IMG/VR virus record: IMGVR_UViG_3300002930_000508
Coordinates: 4,482 to 68,481 of that record
Strand: one strand, 5' to 3'
DNA length: 64,000 bases
Source of the DNA: a virus
Taxonomy: Duplodnaviria > Caudoviricetes
Shown here piece after piece: positions 27,592 to 36,539 of the stretch. A program made the translations under genes and the position numbers. A model generated the notes under the pieces. That model saw only the letters and a list, made by a program, of their open reading frames with translations. It did no database searches and was not told the DNA's origin. The stretch's first letter is position 1; each line of letters opens with the position of its first letter.

Positions 27592-29573
27592 TTAGCTTCT
27601 CCGTATCGTTTGTTACAGCCTGTTTCTGCATCTAATGGTATGCCGGGCATGTACGAAGGTTCTTTGACCATCTGTTCCAATACCCATGCTTCTGCTTCTA
27701 CGGCTTCATTCTCAGGGACTAAGCACACAACCTCATCGTGCACAGTTAGTACGCAGGAATACCTCTTCTGTATCCTGAGCATGCCATCCGTCATCACACA
27801 TCTTGCTACTGCTTGCACTACGTTCTCTACTATCTTACCGCCATACAACTTGCGCCTAGACTTTGCATCGACGCCATAAGACCACTGAACTCTACCTTTT
27901 TCATCGGCATGACCAGTTAATTCGGGGTACTTTAAAGCAAGACCGCTAGGTAAGATTATACGCTCTTTGTCAAAAGTTAGGCATTTATGTTCATAGGGTT
28001 TACCATTAGCTAGGCTATGATTCACCAACGAGTTGCACAGATCCCATAGGTCGACTACTGGATGGGCGGCGTCTCTATATTTATCAATGATCTTCTTGGC
28101 GGCAAGGCAATGTATCAACAACTCTTTCTCCGAACAGGTATGCGGTATAGCACGCATCATTTCCATGTTCTTCTCCCAACCAATGAAGTTGTTCACATCT
28201 TGAGCACTTACCCCCAACTGCTTGGCAAATGCTTTGTCGTACATGGTAGGCGGCGCACCTAGAAAGCCTGTAAGTAACTGTGCAGAGAAGCTAGCCCAGC
28301 CCATGCCGTAACCACAACCCAATAGTGCAGACTTAGCTGACTGTCTTAGGTCGGGGTGGTCGTTCTTGTTGAGATCCGGAATGCCGAACATTTGCGCACC
28401 GAACGCCGCATAAGCATCTTTTCCCGAGGCGAAGATGTTGAGAAGCGCTTGGTAGTCAGCAAGGTACGCCAGTACCCTAGGCTCAATTTGCGAGAGGTCG
28501 CATACAACGAGGGTATAACCTTCCGGCGCTTGGATACTTTTGCGTAGGAAGGAACCCCGTTTGAGGTTCTGAAGATTAAGCCCCGAACCCTTGGACGCCG
28601 ACCAACGACCGGTGTGTGCGCCGTAGTAGTTGAGTGGGACAGGAAGCGTACCTCGTTGTGATATATCAACGAATCTCTGCGCTCTTGTGCGTTCAAGCGT
28701 TGATTTGACTTTGAGCCTTGCTTCGCACAGTAGGGCAACATCCTCGTTATCGCTGTTAAGTAACGCTTGGAAGAGTGCGTCGTTTTTAGCAAACGCAAAA
28801 GCTTCTTTACCAGTCGTCTTGCTAATTTTTCTCGGTGGGACAATCCCAATTTCAGTAAGTACTCTAGCAAACTGATCGTTGCTAGCAAGCGCCGTTTCGT
28901 CAATGTTAATTTTTGCAAGTAGCGCTTCACGTTTTTGCTTTTCATCTTTGATTGCTTCACTTAACATCTCCTCGTCTAGTTCTAGTACAGGGTTGGTAAA
29001 CATGCGCAAGGTCATGTCAATTAGCTTGAGTTCTTTTAGAGGAAAACCGCCATCAACTTCCGTCAGCAAGTTCTCAAATATTTTCTCGCATAAGAACACG
29101 TCATGCTTACAGTACTCAGCAAGCTCTTGCTCTACTTCCCAGCTTAGTTCACTTATCCCATTGGTGCTGTGTACTGCGTTGCCCTTCGGCGGTAGTTCAT
29201 AAATCTCAGCTAACTTCATTAGGCTGTTGCCTGCTTCTACGCCCCTAAGAGCACGAGCCATAGATAGAGAGTCAAAAACAAAGCAAGGCTTCGCCCCATA
29301 AACCCAGCTAAGGATAGCAATATCAAACTGAGCATTATGCGCAAGCACCGCCGTCCGACTCCAATCAATCGAGTCAACCCATTTTTGTATGTCATCGTGT
29401 GGTACCCATGCAATCGTGTCCTCTGCATCTAGCGTTTTGTAACACAGGCCAAAGGCTTTGAACCGTGGGTCTCTGATGTACTCTTCAGTAGTCATCTTTG
29501 ATAGCGTGTACTCCTTGCTATCCCAACGTGTTTCAAAGTCAATGACAAGTATCTTGTCGAATGGTGCGTTCAT
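27588..29573 (-). CDS. polA: Family A DNA polymerase with 3'-5' exonuclease
   Basis: DFET, HNAQFD and YCKHD exonuclease motifs; DLSQIEPR (motif A), RQSAKSALLGCGYG (motif B), TVHDE (motif C). Confidence 0.95.
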   Translation of the reverse strand: MNAPFDKILVIDFETRWDSKEYTLSKMTTEEYIRDPRFKAFGLCYKTLDAEDTIAWVPHDDIQKWVDSIDWSRTAVLAHNAQFDIAILSWVYGAKPCFVFDSLSMARALRGVEAGNSLMKLAEIYELPPKGNAVHSTNGISELSWEVEQELAEYCKHDVFLCEKIFENLLTEVDGGFPLKELKLIDMTLRMFTNPVLELDEEMLSEAIKDEKQKREALLAKINIDETALASNDQFARVLTEIGIVPPRKISKTTGKEAFAFAKNDALFQALLNSDNEDVALLCEARLKVKSTLERTRAQRFVDISQRGTLPVPLNYYGAHTGRWSASKGSGLNLQNLKRGSFLRKSIQAPEGYTLVVCDLSQIEPRVLAYLADYQALLNIFASGKDAYAAFGAQMFGIPDLNKNDHPDLRQSAKSALLGCGYGMGWASFSAQLLTGFLGAPPTMYDKAFAKQLGVSAQDVNNFIGWEKNMEMMRAIPHTCSEKELLIHCLAAKKIIDKYRDAAHPVVDLWDLCNSLVNHSLANGKPYEHKCLTFDKERIILPSGLALKYPELTGHADEKGRVQWSYGVDAKSRRKLYGGKIVENVVQAVARCVMTDGMLRIQKRYSCVLTVHDEVVCLVPENEAVEAEAWVLEQMVKEPSYMPGIPLDAETGCNKRYGEAK

Positions 29574-29737
29574 TTCTCTTGTGCCTTTCCAAATAACTCC
29601 AATGGATAAATACTGCCATGCTTAAAACATTCTTTGGCATATTCTGTTCTGTTATCTTGATACACCCTTGAAACTTCAACACCATTTTCAATAACAACAG
29701 TCATATCATCATAAATACAGGTAGCTATATAGTTCAT
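29570..29737 (-). CDS. Hypothetical cassette protein (55 aa, ends KAQEK), not in the ORF track
   Basis: Translated by hand as MNYIATCIYDD...FGKAQEK; ATGA-coupled at both ends. Confidence 0.7.
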   Translation of the reverse strand: MNYIATCIYDDMTVVIENGVEVSRVYQDNRTEYAKECFKHGSIYPLELFGKAQEK

Positions 29738-30066
29738 TTCTCTTGTGCCTTTTTTAGTATTGTTCTAATCATTGGGATAGCGTTTCTTTCAGTCAATTCC
29801 CAGTAATCACCCATGTCTAAACAAAAAGCATTTATAAAATCCCATATTTCTTCATCTGTTAGTTGCTCTAACTGTGGTGAGCAAGTATGAATAGAATCGC
29901 CTGTAACTCTTTGACCGCAAGCAACGCAAGAAGTCCAAGACACATATTCCCCAGCCATGTGACTAGCAGTTCTATCAAACGATTCGTCTTGTTCTTTTAC
30001 TGGATGGGTGCAACCACATTGACTGGGAATCCTATGGCAATATTTACAAAAAGTATTTTGGTTCAT
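29734..30066 (-). CDS. Hypothetical cassette protein (110 aa, ends KAQEK) with CxxC motifs
   Basis: Start reassigned to MNQNTF, which lies inside the repeat. Confidence 0.7.
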   Translation of the reverse strand: MNQNTFCKYCHRIPSQCGCTHPVKEQDESFDRTASHMAGEYVSWTSCVACGQRVTGDSIHTCSPQLEQLTDEEIWDFINAFCLDMGDYWELTERNAIPMIRTILKKAQEK

Positions 30067-30293
30067 TTCTCTTGTGCCTTTCTTATGCAAGCCCTTACAA
30101 ACTCATGCGGATAGTCGTCAATACAGTTGTATTCATGCACTAACATATCTATTTCCTCATCTGTTAGTTCTTTTACTGGATGGGTATAGAGTGGAATACC
30201 ATTTTTTAATTGCTGGCTTCCAATATGGCAGTCGTAATGAGGCAACCTTTCAAGGTCGTATGGGTCTATCCACGCTACTGGTTCATTGTTCAT
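30063..30293 (-). CDS. Hypothetical cassette protein (76 aa, ends KAQEK)
   Basis: MNNEPVAW...THPVKELTDEEI...KAQEK. Confidence 0.7.
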   Translation of the reverse strand: MNNEPVAWIDPYDLERLPHYDCHIGSQQLKNGIPLYTHPVKELTDEEIDMLVHEYNCIDDYPHEFVRACIRKAQEK

Positions 30294-30295
30294 GC

Positions 30296-31036
30296 TTAAC
30301 TCCTCGTTAGTTGTCCACTAAAGCAATATGCACCATTGTGCTCAAGCTGAACCCAAGGCGCCGCCCATATTGTGAAGCCTGCCTTGCGTGCTATCTTGCA
30401 GAAGTGGTAGTCCTCTGATAACAAGCGACCGTCTGACTCTTCGTCAATACTTGTTGCAAAGAACTCTTTGATAGTCTTAGGCTTGTTCTCATCAACTGCA
30501 CGCCACATGTCGTTCTTGTACTCGGGCACAGTCGTAGCTAACTTCTCAAACACCTCACGCTTGATTAACATAAAGCCAGTACCGCCGTTCTCAATCTGCA
30601 TAGGCTCGTATAGCATACCTTCTTGGTGTAACGCACCACCTACTAAGTTAACAACAAAGCTACCAGTATGAAGATGCAATTCTTGCATAGGTACGCCAGC
30701 CTTAACAGCTTCTTCTACTTTGGGCCAGTTGATTTCTTTCTTGGGGTAAATGCCACAAATAATATCTTTGTCAGCATCAATCATAGGAATGATATGCGAT
30801 GGGTGAAAGCCTATGTCCGCATCAATAAACATCAAGTGTGTGCAATCAGTATCTAAGAAGTCGTGCGTCAAACTGTTGCGTCCTCGTGTGATGAGCGATT
30901 CATTAGTCATGTATCCATAACGGAAAGCTATGTTGTCCTTGCCCAACGTGCCAGCCATCTGCACCATGCCTACTGTATACGAGCCATGACATACACCGCC
31001 GTACATTGGGGTTGCTATAAATAAGTTAGCTTTCAT
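30296..31036 (-). CDS. GT-A fold (GT2-like) glycosyltransferase
   Basis: FIATPMYGG, RGRN, FIDADI (DxD), GTGFMLIKR and SEDYHFC motifs. Confidence 0.75.
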   Translation of the reverse strand: MKANLFIATPMYGGVCHGSYTVGMVQMAGTLGKDNIAFRYGYMTNESLITRGRNSLTHDFLDTDCTHLMFIDADIGFHPSHIIPMIDADKDIICGIYPKKEINWPKVEEAVKAGVPMQELHLHTGSFVVNLVGGALHQEGMLYEPMQIENGGTGFMLIKREVFEKLATTVPEYKNDMWRAVDENKPKTIKEFFATSIDEESDGRLLSEDYHFCKIARKAGFTIWAAPWVQLEHNGAYCFSGQLTRS

Positions 31037-31239
31037 GCTTTCTTTTCCTTCTTTGTAGTTAGTTTCTTACGCATCTTTATGCCAGCTTGAGCGTTTTCGT
31101 TTTGTTTTATAAATTGTTTAATCAGAGCAAGTAGTCCTTCTTGTACTAAAAACTCCAAGCCTTCTTTATCAAGGTGAACAAACACGTCTGCTGACCCATC
31201 TTTGTTTTCTCTAAAGCGCTCGATTTTTATATCCATCAT
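31033..31239 (-). CDS. Hypothetical protein (68 aa)
   Basis: Start reassigned to MMDIKIERF by ATGA overlap. Confidence 0.6.
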   Translation of the reverse strand: MMDIKIERFRENKDGSADVFVHLDKEGLEFLVQEGLLALIKQFIKQNENAQAGIKMRKKLTTKKEKKA

Positions 31240-31418
31240 TTGCCCCCTGTTGTGCCTCTTGTCCACATACTTTGAATAGAACGAAATGCTTCGAGGCGCT
31301 CTAAAAATGGGTGAGGCTTTGGTACATAGTTCTTGTGGTATGTTGTGTTGGTGCGTGGTTGTGCAATTTTAAATTCGTTTGGTTTTGGTCTGTATGTTTC
31401 AAACTTAGCTTGTTTCAT
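31236..31418 (-). CDS. Hypothetical protein (60 aa)
   Basis: ATGA-coupled ORF. Confidence 0.55.
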   Translation of the reverse strand: MKQAKFETYRPKPNEFKIAQPRTNTTYHKNYVPKPHPFLERLEAFRSIQSMWTRGTTGGK

Positions 31419-31651
31419 TGTAGTGTCCTGTTCTTGATTAGATTTTTAATACGTTCACTTACTTCTGCGGCGGTTTCGAGTAGTAGCATTGGCAATTCCA
31501 TCTCATCCATATTCAACCCATATACCTTGACGGTTTCTGATTCGTTGTTGACTATGATTACTGCGGCTGAGTGGACTGCGTTTTCTACTGTGCATAGGGC
31601 TAGCGCCTGTTGCACTTCTTCATACGCCTGTTCCTTGGTGTGCTTTCTCAT
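31415..31651 (-). CDS. Hypothetical protein (78 aa)
   Basis: ATGA-coupled ORF. Confidence 0.6.
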   Translation of the reverse strand: MRKHTKEQAYEEVQQALALCTVENAVHSAAVIIVNNESETVKVYGLNMDEMELPMLLLETAAEVSERIKNLIKNRTLQ

Positions 31652-31947
31652 TCGAGTCCTTTATTAATGACGTCAAATGCTTCTTGTACGTCAGGTATGT
31701 TATCTTCGTTAACTACCAATACAAAACCCTGCGCTTGCCTGATCTTTGCCATCTCTGCTTCTTGTAGTGCGGTAGGTTTATTACTTCCAGCCTTACACTC
31801 AATAGCAACGAAATAACCCCGATAACAAAACACAATATCAGGAACCCCACTACGCCCATAGCCACCAGTAGCAGGGAAAAAATAGTAAGCGCCGTTCTTT
31901 TTAATAACATCGACAACTTTCTTTTTAACTTTGGCTTCGGGTGTCAA
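31648..31947 (-). CDS. VRR-NUC domain nuclease (putative resolvase)
   Basis: GVPDIVF...FVAIECKAGSNKPTALQ. Confidence 0.85.
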   Translation of the reverse strand: MTPEAKVKKKVVDVIKKNGAYYFFPATGGYGRSGVPDIVFCYRGYFVAIECKAGSNKPTALQEAEMAKIRQAQGFVLVVNEDNIPDVQEAFDVINKGLE

Positions 31948-32144
31948 GCATCCTCCTTACCATAGCGTCTGCGTACGTCGTCAATCCTTTGCAAACATGC
32001 TACTATTTTGTGAAGTTGTTGCTCAACGATTTGTTCTTCGTGTACACGATGTGCTTTGAGCGCAACAATAACCTCGGCTTCAAGATTACATAGTGCGGCG
32101 TTCTCACGCATCATCAATAGGATTTCACTTTCCGACATAGGCAT
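31944..32144 (-). CDS. Hypothetical protein (66 aa)
   Basis: Operon-coupled ORF. Confidence 0.55.
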   Translation of the reverse strand: MPMSESEILLMMRENAALCNLEAEVIVALKAHRVHEEQIVEQQLHKIVACLQRIDDVRRRYGKEDA

Positions 32145-32424
32145 GCTTTATCTCCTCTAAAAAGTTTCTACCTTTTTCTGTTAATGTTAGTTCGTTGGCA
32201 CGTCTATCGGGTTTAGCAACTTTTTCTTGCACAAACTTCTTGGCAACAACTCTCTTAAGATACTTGTGCGTTGTCGCTTGTGACATGACGTTCTCTGCCT
32301 CAGCAATCTTGAACACACCAGTCGTGGATAGCGGTGCTTCTTTGCCTACCATACCGATGATGTATTCGTCTTGCCATCCGATTCGATTCTTAAAACGTAA
32401 TGCCTGTGTTTCATATGCGTTCAC
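32125..32424 (-). CDS. MarR-like winged-helix DNA-binding protein
   Basis: MSQATTHKYLKRVVAKKFV...PDRRANELTLTEKG matches the MarR DRR...LT.KG wing. Confidence 0.75.
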   Translation of the reverse strand: MNAYETQALRFKNRIGWQDEYIIGMVGKEAPLSTTGVFKIAEAENVMSQATTHKYLKRVVAKKFVQEKVAKPDRRANELTLTEKGRNFLEEIKHAYVGK

Positions 32425-32723
32425 TCTACTTCTCCTTTAGTTGGTTGTTCATCACACCGCTCGATCAATGCGGCATAGCCACAGATGTCTACTAGGTTAT
32501 CTCTATGTGTTGGGTCGTTAGCAAACCGAGCCACTTTAACTAGCATCATTAATGCGGCAACGTCTTTCTCGTCTATTACCCCACCGCCTTCTACTGAAGC
32601 ACCGCACGCAACCAAATAGGAATTCCACATGGTGGCGATGGTGCGTAGATTCTTAGAAGGATGACCGTAGGTCTTCTCTCTGTCCCCGTAGATGATGGCA
32701 TTAGCTTCTTTCAAAATACTCAT
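32421..32723 (-). CDS. DUF6378-like phage protein
   Basis: GDREKTYGHP..N...IA..W; MMLVKVAR; DNLVDICGYAA. Confidence 0.7.
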   Translation of the reverse strand: MSILKEANAIIYGDREKTYGHPSKNLRTIATMWNSYLVACGASVEGGGVIDEKDVAALMMLVKVARFANDPTHRDNLVDICGYAALIERCDEQPTKGEVE

Positions 32724-32732
32724 ACAACCCCC

Positions 32733-33623
32733 TTAGAAACTGAACTTGGATAAGATGTCATCGACTTGCGTCTTAACATCTGTGCGTGCGCCTACGTCCT
32801 TGCGTAAGTCCTTAACATCAATACCGCCGATGGCTTTCTTCAATGCCTTGCGTGCCTCGTCTAACTGTGGGTCATTGATTATATTCAAACTGCTAGCCAA
32901 GTCACACAAATCATGCGCACCTTCTAGCAACGAGTCGTGGAACTTGCGAGGCTTAGCCTCACCACTAACATAGTCAATAGACAGGCGGTCAGACATACGC
33001 TTCAGGTGCTCGAGTAATCTACCCTTGATGTCCTTCATTGCGTGGTCAACACGCTCATCAGCTAGGCTTGACAACTTCTTGCGGAGTTCTTCTTGCGCAT
33101 CATTACCGATGTCTACCCTAAAGTCACCCGATGCAGGCACAGGCATGTAGTTCACATTGAAGCGGAACCGATGCTCGATGTCATTAGGGTTAGGGTAGTC
33201 GGTGCGGTTGAACATGTCGCCCAATGCCATAGCTTGTGCAGTAATCAGCGATGGGTAGACTTGTACGAACTCGGTGACTAAGCCATAGAACGTATCTTCT
33301 GCGTGTTGTAGCTTGGTATTAAATTCCATGAACTTAACGCTAGGTAGTAGACGGATACCTGAGTCACTCCACGGCAACGTGTTGTCGTATACCATGTCCC
33401 TAGTCTGTGTTACGAACTTGCTGATAACTTCCAACTCGTTACGACCAGCGAGCAAGTGTTTGTTTACACGAGCCGCACCCTTGTTCTGCGCTTGCTTATT
33501 GGCAACTAGCTCGTCTGATACTGAGCGGTCTAGCTTGCGTGCAGTCCATTGTGATACGTTTAATTCTACCAACATAGCGCATGTGTCAATGGAGTACCTA
33601 GCCATTTTAATTTCTGTGTTCAT
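32733..33623 (-). CDS. DUF3150-like protein
   Basis: MLVELNVSQWTARKLD, NTLPWSDSGIRLLP and YP...FRF motifs; linked to AAA and VWA genes. Confidence 0.55.
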   Translation of the reverse strand: MNTEIKMARYSIDTCAMLVELNVSQWTARKLDRSVSDELVANKQAQNKGAARVNKHLLAGRNELEVISKFVTQTRDMVYDNTLPWSDSGIRLLPSVKFMEFNTKLQHAEDTFYGLVTEFVQVYPSLITAQAMALGDMFNRTDYPNPNDIEHRFRFNVNYMPVPASGDFRVDIGNDAQEELRKKLSSLADERVDHAMKDIKGRLLEHLKRMSDRLSIDYVSGEAKPRKFHDSLLEGAHDLCDLASSLNIINDPQLDEARKALKKAIGGIDVKDLRKDVGARTDVKTQVDDILSKFSF

Positions 33624-34096
33624 AACTTCTCCTTCGTTCTGTTGTTTACTTGTTTACGTGGGGGTGTTGTCAATGCCTTCTCTAGACTCCACCCTTTGCG
33701 AACCCTTGCTTTATATAAGCCGTAGGTTATGCCTGTCTTTCGACACCAATCGCTTATGCACATTGTTTCGTTACCTATGCGTGTTGGCTTGGCTCTCCTA
33801 CTATTAATGTTTTGCGCACTTGTTGATGCCCATTGGCAGTTGCTTGGGCTATACCCCCTATCGTTGTTACGCCTATCAAGTGACATGCCTTTCGGTCTGT
33901 CACCCATATCAGCGTAGAAGTTTTCAAAAGAAAGCCACCGCTTACAAACAGTAATACCCCTGCCCCCGTAGTCTACATAGCGTGGGTTGTTTGGGTTGGT
34001 ACATCTTTGCTTCATGTTTTTCCACACGCCGTAGATACTGGGGTAGTGTCTAGCGTTGTGCTTTCCTGCTGTCATGCCGTGTGACTTAGCTGGCAT
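33620..34096 (-). CDS. HNH-type homing endonuclease
   Basis: WKNMKQRC...YGGRGITVC..W..FENFYADMG..P...SLDR.NND.GYSP.NC.W. Confidence 0.85.
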   Translation of the reverse strand: MPAKSHGMTAGKHNARHYPSIYGVWKNMKQRCTNPNNPRYVDYGGRGITVCKRWLSFENFYADMGDRPKGMSLDRRNNDRGYSPSNCQWASTSAQNINSRRAKPTRIGNETMCISDWCRKTGITYGLYKARVRKGWSLEKALTTPPRKQVNNRTKEKL

Positions 34097-34104
34097 AGAT
34101 TCTC

Positions 34105-35313
34105 CTAAGAAGAGTAGATACGTACAGTTTTACCTTGTGGTGCAACGAAGTGGTCGTTATCCACAATCCCCCATAAAGCAGGTACGTCTAGTTTACCATT
34201 ACTTCCGTCTAAGTATCCATCACTTAACCATATAACACCTTTGGGTTGATACTTATTTGCTTTGATATATTCGACAACGCATTGCGGAGAAGTACCACCA
34301 CCACCTGCTGGCTTGAGTAACGATGCGATGTTGGCATACTCGTGTGGCTTGAACACCTGATCACCGCATACCTCGCAGTCCCACCAAAGCATACGCACAG
34401 AGTCAGGTCGGACATTCTCTACAATGCGGGCTACCTCACCGAATACAGTAGGGTAGATCGGGCCCATTGAACCTGACGTATCGCATGCGATGATGAGTTC
34501 GCCTGTTGCTTCTGAGAAGTGCGATGGCATGATGACACCTAGTGGTAACAAGCGCTTGTTAGGTGGAGCAAAACGAGAATACTCATCACCCTCGCATAGC
34601 GCAGTAATCCAATCACGCATATGCTCACGCCAGTTAGTGTCACGCTTCTGTGTCGCACGATCTAACGCACTACCACGAGAACCCTTACCAGCTAGCTTGT
34701 CAGACAACAACTTACCCTGACGTACTGCGTCGTCGATCTGTCTACCTAACTCGTTGGCTTCCTTGCTACCTAACTCAACTGCCTTGCCGAACATGTGCTC
34801 ATCCATAGCACCGCCTGACTTGCCGTTACCCTGTCCATTTTGATTCTGTTGTTGTGGTGGAGGATTACGCAACAAGTCTTGCAATACCTCGATGAAAGAA
34901 TGACCGTAGTACTTAGCATCTACCAAGGGAGCAGGCTCGGTTGGTCGCTCAACGAATGTGAAGTTGGGGTCGATCTCCTCGATGGTTGCATTAACTACGT
35001 AGTCCATAGCCATGTTGCACAGCTGTGGATACTTCTTGGATAGTTCTATGTAGTTAGTGCAGTGCATCAACGCTTTGTGTAACGCCTCGTGTGCAACGAG
35101 ATAGCGCAACTGCTTGCGGCTAAGGGTATTGACGAACGCAGGGTCATAGTAAACATCACGACCATCTGTGCCTGCCGTACCGATGTCCTCGAACTTGACG
35201 TCACCTACATAGACCACACCTGATAGACCAGCGAAGTCTTTGTTGTTGCTGAAGTCAACGTGTACTGCAATCACCCGATCGGGTGCTGATAACTTATCCC
35301 ATGTCTTGGACAT
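34105..35313 (-). CDS. Metallopeptidase-like plus VWA domain protein (DUF2201-type)
   Basis: AHEALH (HExxH); MIDAS DTSGSM, GGGGT and LSDG. Confidence 0.85.
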   Translation of the reverse strand: MSKTWDKLSAPDRVIAVHVDFSNNKDFAGLSGVVYVGDVKFEDIGTAGTDGRDVYYDPAFVNTLSRKQLRYLVAHEALHKALMHCTNYIELSKKYPQLCNMAMDYVVNATIEEIDPNFTFVERPTEPAPLVDAKYYGHSFIEVLQDLLRNPPPQQQNQNGQGNGKSGGAMDEHMFGKAVELGSKEANELGRQIDDAVRQGKLLSDKLAGKGSRGSALDRATQKRDTNWREHMRDWITALCEGDEYSRFAPPNKRLLPLGVIMPSHFSEATGELIIACDTSGSMGPIYPTVFGEVARIVENVRPDSVRMLWWDCEVCGDQVFKPHEYANIASLLKPAGGGGTSPQCVVEYIKANKYQPKGVIWLSDGYLDGSNGKLDVPALWGIVDNDHFVAPQGKTVRIYSS

Positions 35314-35322
35314 ATGTCCTCC

Positions 35323-36438
35323 TTATTTGGTTGAGAAGTAAATCTTGTTGTCTTGCATCAATACTTGGAACGGCTTAACAGTCACAAACAATGCGGCACG
35401 AGTAGAGTTAGCGATGTTGTTAGCGAACATGCTTTGTAGTTCTCTTCTGTTACGCATGACATACTCGGTGCATGCCTCGGCTTCTTCTCTGTTGGAAGTT
35501 TGTGTAACGCATTTCAATACAGTAATGATCTGCGCTACTGGATTGCTAGGGATAGGGCATGTTGAAGGCGATGAGATAATTTTAGAGAAGGGTGGTGTCT
35601 CATCACCGAAGCGAATGAACGCACCCATAACCTCTGACCCTGCACGACCGACAGTACCCTCGAGTAGACCCTGCAACGTATCAGTATCTAGGAACTCACG
35701 CTCTTTGATGATGTCGCTAGCTGAGTGTAGTGAGCGTGGAGTGATGTAAGCCTGTTGAGATAACAACGGATTGAAGATAACGTCATTCTCCTTAGACTGA
35801 TCACGACCTGCATACTTACCGCCATCTTGATAGTCAAGGAAGCTATCGAACCATTGTGGATTCTCGTTGGTACATGCTAGCAAGATAGGGTCAATGCCGT
35901 TCTCGATACCCCAGTTATACCACTCAGTCTGCGTAGGTTTGCGCATGGTAAGAAAGACTAAGCGATTACGCAAGTGAGCCTGTATTGAATCGCCTAGACC
36001 CTCGACCGCAAGGTTAGTACCAGCGAATACCACAGAACCCTCAGCCATCTCGTAGTTACCAACAGCACGCTCGTACACAATCGGAGCAAGCACGTCTTTG
36101 ATGTACTGCTTAGCCTTAGCCAACTCGTCAAGGAATACTAGCGATGGGCGTGCGCCGTTGATACCTCGTTGGTTGGTCTTGCTAACACCGAAGCGCTCGT
36201 TAGGTAACTCACGACTAACACCTGCGTCACGATCAATGTCAGGCATCCACACAGAACCATCAGACATCTGAGTACAGTCGAGCTTGACACCGATATGGTT
36301 AGCGAAGAACGGGTCACGCTCAAGCGTGTGATAGATACCAGTCTTACCGATACCGTTCTCACCTTGAACAATGATGGTGCGCTTGTGACCAATCATCTTG
36401 ATAGCGTTTGCAACTTGTAATGAATTAAGTAATTTCAT
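35323..36438 (-). CDS. MoxR-like AAA+ ATPase
   Basis: GENGIGKT, VFLDEL, AGTN, LRNR and TPRS motifs. Confidence 0.88.
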   Translation of the reverse strand: MKLLNSLQVANAIKMIGHKRTIIVQGENGIGKTGIYHTLERDPFFANHIGVKLDCTQMSDGSVWMPDIDRDAGVSRELPNERFGVSKTNQRGINGARPSLVFLDELAKAKQYIKDVLAPIVYERAVGNYEMAEGSVVFAGTNLAVEGLGDSIQAHLRNRLVFLTMRKPTQTEWYNWGIENGIDPILLACTNENPQWFDSFLDYQDGGKYAGRDQSKENDVIFNPLLSQQAYITPRSLHSASDIIKEREFLDTDTLQGLLEGTVGRAGSEVMGAFIRFGDETPPFSKIISSPSTCPIPSNPVAQIITVLKCVTQTSNREEAEACTEYVMRNRRELQSMFANNIANSTRAALFVTVKPFQVLMQDNKIYFSTK

Positions 36439-36463
36439 GGTGCTTATATCCTCGTTTGATTGT

Positions 36464-36479
36464 GGGAACTTTTGTTCCC
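36464..36479. promoter_or_regulatory. Palindromic operator box (1 mismatch)
   Basis: GGGAACTTTTGTTCCC. Confidence 0.75.
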
Positions 36480-36504
36480 GTTGTTTTAGTACTGCTTTTT
36501 AGAA

Positions 36505-36532
36505 AGTATAACATACTGCTTTATAGAAACAA
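36505..36532 (-). promoter_or_regulatory. Sigma70-like promoter (extended -10) for the AAA-VWA operon
   Basis: TTGTTT-16bp-TATACT with TGn upstream of the -10; operator box lies between it and the GAGG RBS. Confidence 0.6.
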
Positions 36533-36539
36533 CAACTAC

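Larger units (their letters stand above)
29568..30081. repeat. Three perfect 21-bp direct repeats GTTCATTTCTCTTGTGCCTTT at gene junctions
   Basis: Copies at 29568-29588, 29732-29752 and 30061-30081. Confidence 0.95.

Noticed and set aside
29568-30081. CRISPR or integron interpretation of the 21-bp repeats
   Set aside because: Intervals are 143 and 308 bp of coding sequence; no attC-like hairpins and no integrase
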